From the NCBI GenBank assembly GCA_977020255.1, contig CDROCS010002813.1, positions 1-64,000 on the forward strand: a stretch of DNA of 64,000 nt. Direction: 5' to 3'. The notes under the pieces are model-generated. The model was given only the letters and a program-made list of their open reading frames with translations, was not told the DNA's origin and ran no database searches. Numbering within the stretch: position 1 is the first letter of the stretch; the number at the start of each line of letters is the position of its first letter. The position numbers and the translations under genes were made by a program. Shown here piece by piece: positions 12,268 to 22,936 of this stretch. Origin of the DNA: Obrimoposthia wandeli. Lineage: Eukaryota.

Positions 12268-12700
12268 AGTTAGACATACTAACCCAAATTGGCTTACTCA
12301 GTTAATGACGTCGCTTAAGGCGTCTGAGGCTGCTTTAGAAGTTGGGATAGTAAAAGAAAATGCAAGTATTAGCTATCCTACCGGAGAGAGGGTAGTTGAT
12401 ATTGCAGTTCAAAATGAATATGGCCTAGGAGTTCCTGCTCGTCCGGCAATAGCAAATTCATCTGAGACTTTAACCGCTCAATTTAATCAATTTTCTTCTA
12501 AAATGAAAATTGGAGAAACGGTTGAGGTTTTAAATAAATTTGCCCCGATTGCTGTAGGTATAGTTCAGCAGTCAATTACAGATTTACGCGATCCTCCAAA
12601 CTCAGAAGAAACGATAAAAAATAAAGGGTCATCTAATCCATTGATTGATTCTGGACTTTATCGACAATCAATTGATGCAATAGTCAGGGAGGAGAAATAA
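12248..12700 (+). CDS. Neck / tail-completion protein
   Basis: VQNEYG...PARP and PPNS..TIKNKGSSNPLIDSG motifs. Start may be GTG at 12257. Confidence 0.75.
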   Translation: MCAVAIRVRHTNPNWLTQLMTSLKASEAALEVGIVKENASISYPTGERVVDIAVQNEYGLGVPARPAIANSSETLTAQFNQFSSKMKIGETVEVLNKFAPIAVGIVQQSITDLRDPPNSEETIKNKGSSNPLIDSGLYRQSIDAIVREEK

Positions 12701-13180
12701 ATGAAACTTCCCGTAAATTTAGCTAATAATATATTTAAGATAAAAATCTTTGGATATGATGAGCAAGTGTCTAGAGTGAAAGGGAAGACTGAATTTTTAG
12801 TATTTCCGGATAGAATTATTGTTGGAACTATTCAGCCTTCAGGAGACAAATCCGCTTCATTATTTCCGGATGGTCAAATGTCGGATGGTGCAATGATTCT
12901 TCATACTAATTCTCGTGTTTATACGTATAACTCAGCAGAGAGTAATATTCTAGTTCAGAATAATTGGTTTACGTTTGATGATAAGTTTCTTACTTTAGAT
13001 TATGGGATTTGGTGGACAAGCGGAGCTTCATTAGAAATTCGAGATGCAACTATTCAAACTTTTATACGTTATAAAGGTGAAGTATGGAAGCTGACAAAAA
13101 GTCAGAACTGGGAAGATCACATCCAGTCTAATGTAAACAGATACGGATTAGTTAAGTATGTCAATGTCAACGACGACTAA
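12701..13180 (+). CDS. Head-tail joining (stopper-like) protein
   Basis: Position; GTIQP motif. Confidence 0.6.
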   Translation: MKLPVNLANNIFKIKIFGYDEQVSRVKGKTEFLVFPDRIIVGTIQPSGDKSASLFPDGQMSDGAMILHTNSRVYTYNSAESNILVQNNWFTFDDKFLTLDYGIWWTSGASLEIRDATIQTFIRYKGEVWKLTKSQNWEDHIQSNVNRYGLVKYVNVNDD

Positions 13181-13739
13181 TAAGCTAGAAGAGGTTCTGT
13201 ATGATTGGGCGTTTAGTCTCATACCTTCTAGAGTTGTTATTATGAGTAATCAAGTGGATGGGAATTCACCGAATGAACCTTACGTATCTATTAGGTTAAC
13301 TCAGTCTCCAACTTCACAGAATCCAGAAGTTACTCTTTCTGATAACGGTGAACTGGAAACGATATCTCAAAGATGCTTATTTACGGTCAATGTAGAATGC
13401 GTTGGTGATGAAGCATTTCAAGATGCAAAATCTGCCTGTATTTTATTAGCATCATCGTTATATTCAGCTAATAGATATTTAGACTTATGGGCCGTTTCTG
13501 GGTTGGGTGGCGTAGCTACTGGACCTCAATCATTAACTACAGCAACGTTAGCTACAAATAGATCTAGATGGCAATTTCAATACACGCTGTATGCTGTTAT
13601 AGATAATATTTTTACGGGTCAATATTTCGATAACTTGGAATTAAAAGTTATAGATGGAGATACTGACACAATTCTTTTAGATGTTGAGATTGACGGGAAA
13701 AATCCGCCAAAAGAAGGAAATTGCAATGGCAACGAATGA
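13158..13739 (+). CDS. Tail terminator / neck protein
   Basis: Directly before the sheath gene; PNEPYVSIR motif. Confidence 0.65.
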   Translation: MSMSTTTNKLEEVLYDWAFSLIPSRVVIMSNQVDGNSPNEPYVSIRLTQSPTSQNPEVTLSDNGELETISQRCLFTVNVECVGDEAFQDAKSACILLASSLYSANRYLDLWAVSGLGGVATGPQSLTTATLATNRSRWQFQYTLYAVIDNIFTGQYFDNLELKVIDGDTDTILLDVEIDGKNPPKEGNCNGNE

Positions 13740-15246
13740 TGAAGTAATCAAGTGTGGGAATAAGTCGCTCCCTCGGTCTTTGGACGTTAATGTTTCTGTT
13801 ACTCAAGCTCAAACAGAAATAGCGACAGATTTAACTTTAGCTGTGTGTGTTGTTAAAGATGGCCCACTTCCAATTGGAGCTGGAAGAGTTAGATTTTATT
13901 CCGATTTTGACTCTGTTAGTAATGATTTCGGCCCTGAAAGTGAAGCAGCAAATGCCGCAAGAGATTTTACAAGCCAAACCCCAAGACCGTTAATTTTTGC
14001 TATTGGGCAAGCTTTTGATACGCCTCAAAATGGATTTATGACAACAGGTGCATCTGGAGAACTAGCAGCATTTAAAGCTATTTCAGATGGTGAATTCAGT
14101 ATATCAATTGATGCTGTAACCTCAGACATTACTGGTCTTGATTTTACATCTGCAACTAGTTTTGATGATGTCGCAGCAACTACTCAAACCGCAGTTGATG
14201 CTGTGTTTTCAGGAGCAACAGTTGTTTATAATGGTGCGTCTTTTGTCTTTACATCCCCGACCCCTGGAGATAGTTCAAGTGTATCAGTATTGGCTGCGCC
14301 TATGGTTGTTGCTGGAGCGGATGTTTCAGGTCCTGTTTATTTTAATGGGTTACTTGGAGAAGCTAATACTCAAGAAGGGTATGCACCAACAGGCATCACA
14401 CAAGAGCTTCAGTTGATTCAAATGGCTGCAGGTTGTTCTGATAGATTTATTTATGGGTGGACTCTTGAGGAAGGATTTAGAGACAGTCAGGATGCATTAG
14501 ATGCTGCTGCTTATCTTGAAACGCAAGATAAAGCAGCATTCTTTCCATGCTCTAACGACCCTTTAGCACTTGATCCTAATGCAACAACTGATATTGGCCC
14601 TGAGCTTGATGAATTTGGCTATCTTAAGGCTTCAGACCCAATCTATCATGATAATAAAAAATATTATCCTGACTTTGCCCTTGCTGCAATCATGCTTGCT
14701 GTGGATTACTCAGGTGTTAACACTACCATTACAGCTAAGTTTAAAAACCTTCTTGGCATTCCAACAGTTGGATTAAGCGTTACTCAATACACCACCTTGC
14801 AAGGTAAGAACTATAATACATTCTCTTTAACTGGAAATAATTCAAGAGTATTTAGAGAGGGAACTCAAGTTGCTGCAGGCTGGTTTATTGATGATCAGAT
14901 AAATGTCGATAACTTAAAAGAAGAGCTTCAAGTTGCTGCATATAATGCTTTTTTAAGAAATGGGAAAGTACCACTAACTGTTGGTGGCCAAGCGATTATG
15001 GAAGATTCATTAACACCAACTGGAGAGCGATATACAGATAATGGTTCTATAGCTGATAGACAAGTTGTTGATCTATCTTCTAAGTCTGGATTCTCTTTAG
15101 AGCCTGCATACTCAATCACCTCTGGAAATATAGCATTATTAACAGCATCGGATAGGGCAGTAAGAAAAGCTCCTCCAATGGTATTTACTGTATATCTTGC
15201 TGGTGCTATGCATTCTATTGATATTAATATCAACGTAATTAGTTAA
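13726..15246 (+). CDS. Contractile tail sheath (DUF3383-like)
   Basis: About 506 aa from ATG 13726; TAKFKNLLG and WFIDDQIN motifs; C-terminal AGAMHSIDI. Confidence 0.88.
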   Translation: MATNDEVIKCGNKSLPRSLDVNVSVTQAQTEIATDLTLAVCVVKDGPLPIGAGRVRFYSDFDSVSNDFGPESEAANAARDFTSQTPRPLIFAIGQAFDTPQNGFMTTGASGELAAFKAISDGEFSISIDAVTSDITGLDFTSATSFDDVAATTQTAVDAVFSGATVVYNGASFVFTSPTPGDSSSVSVLAAPMVVAGADVSGPVYFNGLLGEANTQEGYAPTGITQELQLIQMAAGCSDRFIYGWTLEEGFRDSQDALDAAAYLETQDKAAFFPCSNDPLALDPNATTDIGPELDEFGYLKASDPIYHDNKKYYPDFALAAIMLAVDYSGVNTTITAKFKNLLGIPTVGLSVTQYTTLQGKNYNTFSLTGNNSRVFREGTQVAAGWFIDDQINVDNLKEELQVAAYNAFLRNGKVPLTVGGQAIMEDSLTPTGERYTDNGSIADRQVVDLSSKSGFSLEPAYSITSGNIALLTASDRAVRKAPPMVFTVYLAGAMHSIDININVIS

Positions 15247-15259
15247 TTAAGGGGCCATT

Positions 15260-15688
15260 ATGCCAGCATTAACACCGGGGATTTATAATCAGGCAATCGT
15301 AACTGCACTATTAGATGGTGTTCCAGTTACAGGGTTAGCTGATGGTGATTCTATTCGGATTACATTCCCAACAGATAGCACAACAGTAACTGCTCCGGGT
15401 GTCGGTAGCCGAAGAGGTTCAACTTCTTTTGCTCTTGATAAGTCCGGAACGGCTCAAATTGATTATAAAACATCATCATTATCATTGGATTTTCCTTTGC
15501 GACGATATAAAGCTCAACAGTCTGGGTTAGCCACAACATTTGATGGTTATGTCATTGACGGCTCAGGCCGAGCTTATAATCTAGACGGATGTTCTATTCA
15601 GTCAATTGGAGTACCTACAATGGGTGGAAAAGTTGAACAAATACAAACTATAACTTTAACATTTGAATACGGTGAGCCAGCACTATGA
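15260..15688 (+). CDS. Tail tube protein (DUF3277-like)
   Basis: 142 aa after the sheath; GLADGDSI motif. Confidence 0.8.
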   Translation: MPALTPGIYNQAIVTALLDGVPVTGLADGDSIRITFPTDSTTVTAPGVGSRRGSTSFALDKSGTAQIDYKTSSLSLDFPLRRYKAQQSGLATTFDGYVIDGSGRAYNLDGCSIQSIGVPTMGGKVEQIQTITLTFEYGEPAL

Positions 15689-16128
15689 GAAACAAAATAT
15701 TTTCTAGTCATACAATAGCCGGAAGACATTATGAATTAACAAAACTTCCTATTATTACGTCAGGAAGAATAGCCGCGAGAGTTGGTGCTAAGTTAGTTCC
15801 TGCTATCACAAGTATTAGTATTCCCGATATTCAAAGTTGTAAAGACGGCGATGTAGATTCTATTAAAAAAGCCCTAGGTTCTTTATCCGGTGTTTTAGAT
15901 AAAATAGATCCTGAGCTTATTTTTGATGATGCTATGGAATGCATAAGAAATGGATGCACTGTTGATGGCACTCCTATCACTCAGCATCATGATTTTGAAA
16001 AGCATTTTTCTGAATACCCCCAAGATTTATTCCCAGCTCTTATTTGGGCATTGAAGGAGAATGTAGGTGGTTTTTTCGACCTCGCCGCTCTCTTCCAAAG
16101 CAAGAAGCAAGAGAGCGATACGGAGTAG
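15685..16128 (+). CDS. Tail assembly chaperone (lambda G-like)
   Basis: Between tube and tape-measure genes; slippery site near the 3' end. Confidence 0.8.
   Translation: MRNKIFSSHTIAGRHYELTKLPIITSGRIAARVGAKLVPAITSISIPDIQSCKDGDVDSIKKALGSLSGVLDKIDPELIFDDAMECIRNGCTVDGTPITQHHDFEKHFSEYPQDLFPALIWALKENVGGFFDLAALFQSKKQESDTE
16071..16117 (+). promoter_or_regulatory. Programmed -1 frameshift signal
   Basis: T TTT TTC heptamer at 16071-16077, 8-nt spacer, 9-bp stem (CGCTCTCTT / AAGAGAGCG). Confidence 0.8.
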
Positions 16129-16328
16129 CTCTACCTGAAGGTTTTCAGATTGATTATATGTTTGATCGTTTAATTAGCAGTGGTATGTGCACGTATGAGC
16201 AACTAATGGATAATAAATTCGATTGGATAAATATCTGGGAAATGCAGGATATGTTGGATTTAAGAGATTATATCGATTGGGAATCACACGTAGTAGCTAC
16301 AGAGAGGTCTAAAAATGGCGGTAGTTGA
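16077..16328 (+). CDS. -1 frame extension of the tail chaperone (GT-like product, about 214 aa in total)
   Basis: Open -1 frame overlapping the chaperone end and running to the tape-measure start. Confidence 0.75.
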   Translation, partial: RPRRSLPKQEARERYGVALPEGFQIDYMFDRLISSGMCTYEQLMDNKFDWINIWEMQDMLDLRDYIDWESHVVATERSKNGGS

Positions 16329-17772
16329 TGAACTAATAACAATCCTTGGTCTTGAGGTCGATAAAAAAGCGGCTAGTGAAGCGAAAGGCTTTGGAAAGGT
16401 AGTCAGCGGAACTAAGGATGTTGTTGTTAAGTTAGGGGCTGCTTTAGTTATAGCTGAAGGGGCTATTCTTTCATATACAGTTGCTTTAGCTTCTAGCTTG
16501 GATGTTCAGGGGAAATTTAGTGAATCAACTGGTGTAGCTTTTGAGGAGCTTCAGGCGCTACAGTTTGCTAGTCAAATATCCGGTGGGTCTGTCTCTGATA
16601 TGAATTCAGACCTTGAAAATTTAACTAAAACTATGTCTAGCCCGATACCGGGAGAGTATAACGAAACATTATTAATGCTTGGTATCAATACCCGAAAAGC
16701 TAGCGGTGAAATGAAAACCGCCGATCAGGTATTATTAGATTTATCTGATCGCTTTGAAGGTTTGGGTGCCCAAAAATCAGCTCAACTTGGTGATAAATTA
16801 GGGTTAACAGATTCAACTATTCGATTATTAAGATTAGGCCGAGATGGAATAGCCGAGTTAACAGATGAAGCTAAGAGTCTTGGTGGGGTTTTGGGTGCTG
16901 ATGCAGCAAAAGATGCCGCCGCTTTTAATGATTCATTACTTAGAGTTAGATTTAGTTTAAAAGGTATTGCAGATACAACAAGTGCATCATTATTTCCTGC
17001 AATGGGTGATGCACTTGATATTTTTACTGAATGGATTGGGCAAAACAAAGAATTCATTAGTATAGGGTTAGAGCAGGTTATAAATGGAGTCGCGAAAGGA
17101 TTTGATATTTTTAGCGTTGCTGCAATGGAGGTTCTTGATATTGTCTCTAGTCTTATACCTGATTTCGACAGTTTTACTGGTGCTCTTGATGCTACTAATA
17201 CAGTAGCTGTTACTGTTGCAATTGCGCTTGGCATTCTTGCAACTCAAGCACTAATTGCTGCAGCTCCATTTATTGCTGCTGGTCTTGCAATTGCTGGAGT
17301 AGTTTTAGTTCTTGAAGATTTATATACAGCATTTGAAGGTGGCGATTCTGTTATTGGTGGATTCGTTAGTCAATTTACTGAAAAATTTCCTTTAATAACA
17401 AAAGCTTTAAAAGAGGTTGCTGATTTTATTCAAGATATATTTATTGGAACAGTAGATTCTATTGTTGATGCTTTTAGTTCTGTAATTAGTTTTGTATCAA
17501 AAATTGGAAGTTTAATCGGGGGAAGTATTGTTGAAGGATTGGAGGATTTGGAAGCATCACTTGGTGATGTTAGCTCTAATGCTAATTCTTTACCAAGTCC
17601 GAATGTATCGCCCTCAGTTATATCTAATGCTCAAACTAATACATCCAATTCAAATATAACTATGAATATAAATGGAGCTGGAAATCCTGCCATTGTTGGC
17701 AATGAAGTTGTAAATAAAATGGGATTAGCAAATTCTCCAAGTCTTGTTGGTATTGCTCCTCTTAGTCAATAA
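16315..17772 (+). CDS. Tape measure protein
   Basis: 485 aa, Ala/Gly-rich helical; AVVDELITILGL N-terminus. Confidence 0.88.
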   Translation: MAVVDELITILGLEVDKKAASEAKGFGKVVSGTKDVVVKLGAALVIAEGAILSYTVALASSLDVQGKFSESTGVAFEELQALQFASQISGGSVSDMNSDLENLTKTMSSPIPGEYNETLLMLGINTRKASGEMKTADQVLLDLSDRFEGLGAQKSAQLGDKLGLTDSTIRLLRLGRDGIAELTDEAKSLGGVLGADAAKDAAAFNDSLLRVRFSLKGIADTTSASLFPAMGDALDIFTEWIGQNKEFISIGLEQVINGVAKGFDIFSVAAMEVLDIVSSLIPDFDSFTGALDATNTVAVTVAIALGILATQALIAAAPFIAAGLAIAGVVLVLEDLYTAFEGGDSVIGGFVSQFTEKFPLITKALKEVADFIQDIFIGTVDSIVDAFSSVISFVSKIGSLIGGSIVEGLEDLEASLGDVSSNANSLPSPNVSPSVISNAQTNTSNSNITMNINGAGNPAIVGNEVVNKMGLANSPSLVGIAPLSQ

Positions 17773-17784
17773 GGATGGTTTAAC

Positions 17785-18327
17785 GTGGCAACTATATTTA
17801 ACAGTGGAACTCCTGTCATTGTAGCAAATATCGAAATTGATCAAAGAACTGGGGAGTATCATTCTGCATCAGCTCAAAAAACTAAGTTTGCTACTGAAAG
17901 CGGAAGTAATCGAAGTGATCACATCGTACTTGATGATGATAAGGTTGAACTTACATTTGTTATTGAAAATAAAGATGATGATTTTACAGCTTACGGAACT
18001 AGAGCAGCAGTTCAGTTTGAGAAATTAAAAAGTGCATTAAGAGAGAGAAAGCTTTTTGATGTTGTAACCCGTCATTATCTTTATACATCAATGGCTCTAT
18101 TAAATATCTCTGCAGAAAATACTAGTCCTTTTTCAGGAAGATTGACAGGTAGAGTCTCATTTGAAAAATTTAATGAAACTAGTATTGATGTTGTTGAAAT
18201 TCCTGCCAAGCAATTAAATGGAACAGCAAAGCAATCTGCATCTAGTAGTATAGATTCAGGAAGGCAAGAGCCGGAATCGGTTACTCTAGACCAACAATCA
18301 TCATTATTAAATCAGCTATTCAGTTAA
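17785..18327 (+). CDS. Baseplate/tail-tube initiator (Dit-like)
   Basis: TKFATESGSNRSDHI and VVTRHYLYTSM motifs; GTG start. Confidence 0.7.
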   Translation: MATIFNSGTPVIVANIEIDQRTGEYHSASAQKTKFATESGSNRSDHIVLDDDKVELTFVIENKDDDFTAYGTRAAVQFEKLKSALRERKLFDVVTRHYLYTSMALLNISAENTSPFSGRLTGRVSFEKFNETSIDVVEIPAKQLNGTAKQSASSSIDSGRQEPESVTLDQQSSLLNQLFS

Positions 18328-18338
18328 CGGAAGTCTTT

Positions 18339-18713
18339 ATGTTAGTAATTCCAGTGAATAATTCAGGCGATAGAGTATTTAGCATACAATTGGGTGGAAA
18401 TACTATTAAAATAAGAACTTACTTTAATAGTGTGATCGATTATTGGTATGCTGATTTTTATACAGAAACAGATACTCCAATACTGTTAGGGGTAACGGTA
18501 AAGTCGGGAGTCAATCTTTTTGGAATTCGCCCAAGCATTCAAACTAAGTATGGCCAAATGAGAATGACAAATTCAGCTAAAGGAGTAAATTCATTAGGGA
18601 CCACTGCAAAAATGTTGTGGCTAACAAATGATGAATATGAGGAACCGATCATTGATGCATCAACGTTACCTCTTGCATATGATCTTAATTTACTATTTCC
18701 GGAGGTACAATGA
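18339..18713 (+). CDS. Baseplate protein
   Basis: FSIQLGG..IKIR..FN...WYAD motif; position. Confidence 0.7.
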   Translation: MLVIPVNNSGDRVFSIQLGGNTIKIRTYFNSVIDYWYADFYTETDTPILLGVTVKSGVNLFGIRPSIQTKYGQMRMTNSAKGVNSLGTTAKMLWLTNDEYEEPIIDASTLPLAYDLNLLFPEVQ

Positions 18714-19567
18714 TTAGACAAGTTCAGGTTTTAATTGGACCGCTAAAAGATACTGACAACGGTGATATATCTCAAGCTCTAAGCATTGTATCAACAGGGA
18801 GTGATAAAGACCTTCGAGTATCATTTAGCGTCAGTAAGAACATCGTAGGCACCCCCAATGAAACAACATTAGTATTAACTAATTTATCTAGTGACACTAG
18901 AAAGAAGCTCCAAACAAGCCAAGTAGCTGTTGAAATATATTTTGGTTATGTCGGGAATGAACTTAAACGAGTATCAAAGGGTGGTTTGTTATCTGCAGTA
19001 AGCAAGAGGAACGGAGCGGATATTGAAACAACTATTTCGGTAATAGATGGCTATGGGGCTGTTTTAAGTTCATTTTATAACAAATCATTTTCGGGTAGAG
19101 TTTCGGTTCAAGATGTTGTTGTTGAGATAGCTAAAACCCTTAATGGGGTTAGTATCGGTGAAGTTAATGTAAAAGGATTACTTGCTAATAAAGGCCGTGT
19201 ATTTAGCGGAGGAAGCACTGATCATTTAAATGTTCTTGCTGACAATTTTAACTTTAGCTGGTCTATTCAAGATGGAATATTTCAAGCGATTGATGATGAT
19301 ACTGCTACAAGTCAGATTTATGTATTAGATAGTAAGCAGAATTTAATTAGTGTTACTCCTATTCTTAACGGTAAATTCCAAGCATTTGTTGGTGTTGAGA
19401 TTGTTGCGGTGTTAGATCCCCGTATAAAGCCGGGTGATTTAGTTCGAGTTAGTTCTACTGTTAATCCAGAATTGAATAATGATTATAAAGTGACAGAATG
19501 CCAACTTACAGGAAGCTCTCATGATGGTGATTCAAAGATTCAAATTAAATCACTAAGGATATTATAA
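18710..19567 (+). CDS. Baseplate hub protein
   Basis: FSVSKN..GTPN and WSIQDG motifs; precedes the spike. Confidence 0.75.
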   Translation: MIRQVQVLIGPLKDTDNGDISQALSIVSTGSDKDLRVSFSVSKNIVGTPNETTLVLTNLSSDTRKKLQTSQVAVEIYFGYVGNELKRVSKGGLLSAVSKRNGADIETTISVIDGYGAVLSSFYNKSFSGRVSVQDVVVEIAKTLNGVSIGEVNVKGLLANKGRVFSGGSTDHLNVLADNFNFSWSIQDGIFQAIDDDTATSQIYVLDSKQNLISVTPILNGKFQAFVGVEIVAVLDPRIKPGDLVRVSSTVNPELNNDYKVTECQLTGSSHDGDSKIQIKSLRIL

Positions 19568-20379
19568 TGACAATTAATACTACGTCCTCGTCTGATTTTG
19601 ATGCTGCTTCTAGATTGTTTGATCGAAAAAGTCTTTCCCTAAGAACTTTTATGCCTGCAATAGTTGATTCTGAACCAAAGAAGAATGGTCACGTTTGGTG
19701 TGTTGACGTTATTCCTGCTATTCGTCAAATAATTACCATTGATGATGTTCAATCTAATAAAGAAATGCCTAAGATCCCAAATGTCCCAATAATGCAGGCG
19801 TCATCAGAAACGCTAGGCCTATCTGTAACGGTTCCTATAAAGAAAGGTGATGAATGTTGGATTCTAGTTTGTGATCGCTCTATTGATAACTGGCAGCTAG
19901 ATGGTGGGATTCAGAATCAAGTATCTGAAACAGTTGCGAGGCATCATGATTTAACTGATGCGGTTTGCCTTCCATTTGGTCTTAATGTTTCAGGATTACC
20001 ATCTTATAATAATGATGCAATATATATAGGTGGAAATATAACAAACGTAACAATTGATGATTCAAAAATTAAAATGACAGATGGAACCGGTTCTGTTGAG
20101 TTATCTGGCGGAGTTTTAAAAATAAATGCAGATGTTGATATAACTGGAAGCACAACCCAAGAAGGTAACACCACTCAAACAGGTGATATAACGCTAACTG
20201 GTAATCTAACTGTAACAGGTAATATAACTGCAACCGGAGCGATTTCTGGAGCTACAGTTAACGCGGCTACGTCATTAATAGTTGCAGGTAAAGAGCAAAG
20301 CGGACATAAACACTCTTCGGGTTCTTATGAAGTTGGCCCAACCGAACCAGTTACAGGAACATCAGGTGAATCAGTATGA
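19567..20379 (+). CDS. Baseplate spike (Gp138-like)
   Basis: KGDECWIL.CDRSIDNW and RHHDLTDA motifs; beta-helix repeats; C-terminal HxH. Confidence 0.88.
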   Translation: MTINTTSSSDFDAASRLFDRKSLSLRTFMPAIVDSEPKKNGHVWCVDVIPAIRQIITIDDVQSNKEMPKIPNVPIMQASSETLGLSVTVPIKKGDECWILVCDRSIDNWQLDGGIQNQVSETVARHHDLTDAVCLPFGLNVSGLPSYNNDAIYIGGNITNVTIDDSKIKMTDGTGSVELSGGVLKINADVDITGSTTQEGNTTQTGDITLTGNLTVTGNITATGAISGATVNAATSLIVAGKEQSGHKHSSGSYEVGPTEPVTGTSGESV

Positions 20380-20747
20380 GTGAATTTAGCTTTTTATTAA
20401 ATCAGGGGTCAAGAGATTACAAAATCAATGCGTCTGGTCGGATTGTTCTTTCTTACCCAATTGACACAGTAAAAGATAGAATTTATACGCGATTATATAC
20501 AGAGTTAGGCGAATGGTATTTAGATAATGGGGTTGGTGTTCCATATTATGGTGATGATGGAATTCTTGGGAGTAAAAAACAAGCAGATGAAATTGGAGCT
20601 ATACTTAGGGCGCAAATTCTTAGCGTTGATGGTGTTATAAGAATAGATTCATTTACAATCAATCTAGTTAATCGACAGTTAACAGTAAAATCAAGTGTGG
20701 CTGTACTAATTAATGGAACAGAGCAGTTAATAGAGGTGTCTTTATGA
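20376..20747 (+). CDS. Baseplate wedge protein (gp25/Mu gp46-like)
   Basis: GEWYLD..GVPY and ILSVDGV motifs. Confidence 0.8.
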   Translation: MSEFSFLLNQGSRDYKINASGRIVLSYPIDTVKDRIYTRLYTELGEWYLDNGVGVPYYGDDGILGSKKQADEIGAILRAQILSVDGVIRIDSFTINLVNRQLTVKSSVAVLINGTEQLIEVSL

Positions 20748-21949
20748 CGTTTGGTGTAAATAGTGATGGATGGTCAAGTAAACGTCTAGAGGACATTCTG
20801 GAGGAATCAGAAACAGAATTATCACTGATAGAAGATCCTCAATCTGGAAATAAATTAAATCCTAATTTTAATTCAGATGATCCTGCGATGCAGGTTGTTA
20901 AAGCACCATTAAATCAAACATCATTGGGTTGGGAGGCTGCAAAGTTAGCTTATGACCAATACAATCCATTTTTTGCCGTGGGTCCATCAGTTGATGCAAT
21001 TGCAGAAATAACAGGAATAGAACGATTAGAAGCCCAACCAACCATAATTCAAATTGAAGTAGTTGGAACTGTTGGTGCAACCTTGACAGCAGGCAAAACA
21101 ATTTCAGATGAATTTGATACTTTATTTTTTACAACAGATGAAGATATTATTTTTGAAGCAACACCAACAATAACCTCTGCAACCGCAACCGTTACAGGGT
21201 CACAAATAATAAGCAATGGATCGATCACAAAGATAGTAACCCCATCGGCAGGATGGGATTCAGTAGACAATACAGCCCAACTGACAACTGGACGCTCAGA
21301 AGAGGAAGATGATGAATTAGAAGCAAGAAGAAAGCTTTCAAATGCAGCTCCTTCAGCCTCTCCAGTTGAATCTGTATTTTCAAACCTTGATAATGTTCCG
21401 GGTGTTGAATATGTTAGGGTCTATATAAATAACACGTTATCTATTGATGCAAGAGGAATACCCGCCAAAACTGAAGCGGTGGTGATTCAGGGAGGGGATG
21501 ATAATGATATTGCTCGAACTATTCTTGCTAGAAGCGGAGCAACCGCAGAGTTTTTCGGTGATGTAACTATTGTTTTGTTCGACGTTCAAGGCGAGCCAAC
21601 AACAATAAAATTTAGCCGCCCAACCCCTATTGATATGACGGTTGATGTTAATATCACTGTAACTAACGCATCATTATTTCCCTCTGATGCCATAGACAGG
21701 ATAAAAGAAAACATTGTTACTTACGCTAAGTTTGGTTCTGATGCACTTGGTACTACGTCTGGATTTAACGAAGACGGATTTCCCCCGGGCGAACCAGTGA
21801 TTGTAAGTAGACTTTACACTCCAGTTAATGAGATTCCGGGTCACAAAATAAATACTTTAACAGTCAATGGTGGTACTTCAGATATCCCTATTAATTTTAA
21901 TGAAGTTTCTAATTTTGATGTATCTAATATTAATGTAGTAGTGAGTTAG
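20744..21949 (+). CDS. Baseplate J/gp47-like protein
   Basis: GRSEEEDDELEARR motif; 401 aa. Confidence 0.9.
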   Translation: MTFGVNSDGWSSKRLEDILEESETELSLIEDPQSGNKLNPNFNSDDPAMQVVKAPLNQTSLGWEAAKLAYDQYNPFFAVGPSVDAIAEITGIERLEAQPTIIQIEVVGTVGATLTAGKTISDEFDTLFFTTDEDIIFEATPTITSATATVTGSQIISNGSITKIVTPSAGWDSVDNTAQLTTGRSEEEDDELEARRKLSNAAPSASPVESVFSNLDNVPGVEYVRVYINNTLSIDARGIPAKTEAVVIQGGDDNDIARTILARSGATAEFFGDVTIVLFDVQGEPTTIKFSRPTPIDMTVDVNITVTNASLFPSDAIDRIKENIVTYAKFGSDALGTTSGFNEDGFPPGEPVIVSRLYTPVNEIPGHKINTLTVNGGTSDIPINFNEVSNFDVSNINVVVS

Positions 21950-21951
21950 TT

Positions 21952-22650
21952 ATGAGTTGTGATTACTCAATTTATCAGCAAAATTTCGAGAAGCTAAATT
22001 GTGATCTTACATTAGAAAACTTTAGACGCTCAGTTGTATTATTTAGCATGTCTACTGTTATTAATAATCAGGCTGATGATTTATATACAGCGATCATCGA
22101 AGGGCTTCCACAGCGTTGCTTGGAATTTGCGTTTGGTGAGCAGTTGGATGTAATTGGGGAAATTATTGGCCAAGATAGAGTTCTGGAGAATTTTTCTAAA
22201 AAAAATTGGTTTCAATTTGATGAATTAAACCTTGGTTTTGATGCTGCTTTATTTTATGTAACTGGTGCTCCTGTTGGTGGTGATTTACCAGCCGATGATT
22301 TTGAGTATAGACAATTAATAAAAGCTCGAATCTTTAAAAATCATGTTAAATACGGCTCAGTTCCTGAGATTATGCAGTTTGCTAAAATATTATATAATAT
22401 TGATATCTCTATTAGAAAAGAGGGTCTTAGTGATTTAACTGTAATAGTTCCAGAATCTACACCTTTTTATATTATTCAAAACTTAATTTCATTTAAAGAC
22501 ACGCTACAAAATGACAAAGAATACTTTTTACCAATACCGTCAACCGGAAGAATAGTAAAATATATTAGAAAATTAAATCCTCCTTTTTCATTTGATAGAG
22601 TTGGGCAAGGATTTGATGAAGGTAAGTTTTCGGTTGATATTATAATTTAA
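21952..22650 (+). CDS. Baseplate wedge protein (DUF2612-like)
   Basis: GEQLDVIGEIIG and DDFEYRQLIKARI motifs. Confidence 0.85.
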   Translation: MSCDYSIYQQNFEKLNCDLTLENFRRSVVLFSMSTVINNQADDLYTAIIEGLPQRCLEFAFGEQLDVIGEIIGQDRVLENFSKKNWFQFDELNLGFDAALFYVTGAPVGGDLPADDFEYRQLIKARIFKNHVKYGSVPEIMQFAKILYNIDISIRKEGLSDLTVIVPESTPFYIIQNLISFKDTLQNDKEYFLPIPSTGRIVKYIRKLNPPFSFDRVGQGFDEGKFSVDIII

Positions 22651-22662
22651 AAGGAAATAAAA

Positions 22663-22932
22663 ATGGCAGCTCCAATATTTATTGATGTAACAACAAAATA
22701 TCAATCAATTTATGCTCTCTCTGGAATTGCTCTAGGGGCATTGGTTCATATTGATTGCTCACTATCAAGAAGTGGACCCATTGCTGTATTAAGTTCTGAT
22801 ACAGAACCTAATGATTCTTTGCCGGGGATTCCGATGCAGCAAGGTGATAGATTTGATACTGAATCTAATGATGTTGATGTATGGGTTAGAGGTAACGGAA
22901 AACTTTCTATCTCACTTATTCCTGAAGGATAA
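22663..22932 (+). CDS. Hypothetical tail-region protein
   Basis: AAGGA Shine-Dalgarno; 89 aa. Confidence 0.7.
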   Translation: MAAPIFIDVTTKYQSIYALSGIALGALVHIDCSLSRSGPIAVLSSDTEPNDSLPGIPMQQGDRFDTESNDVDVWVRGNGKLSISLIPEG

Positions 22933-22936
22933 AATT

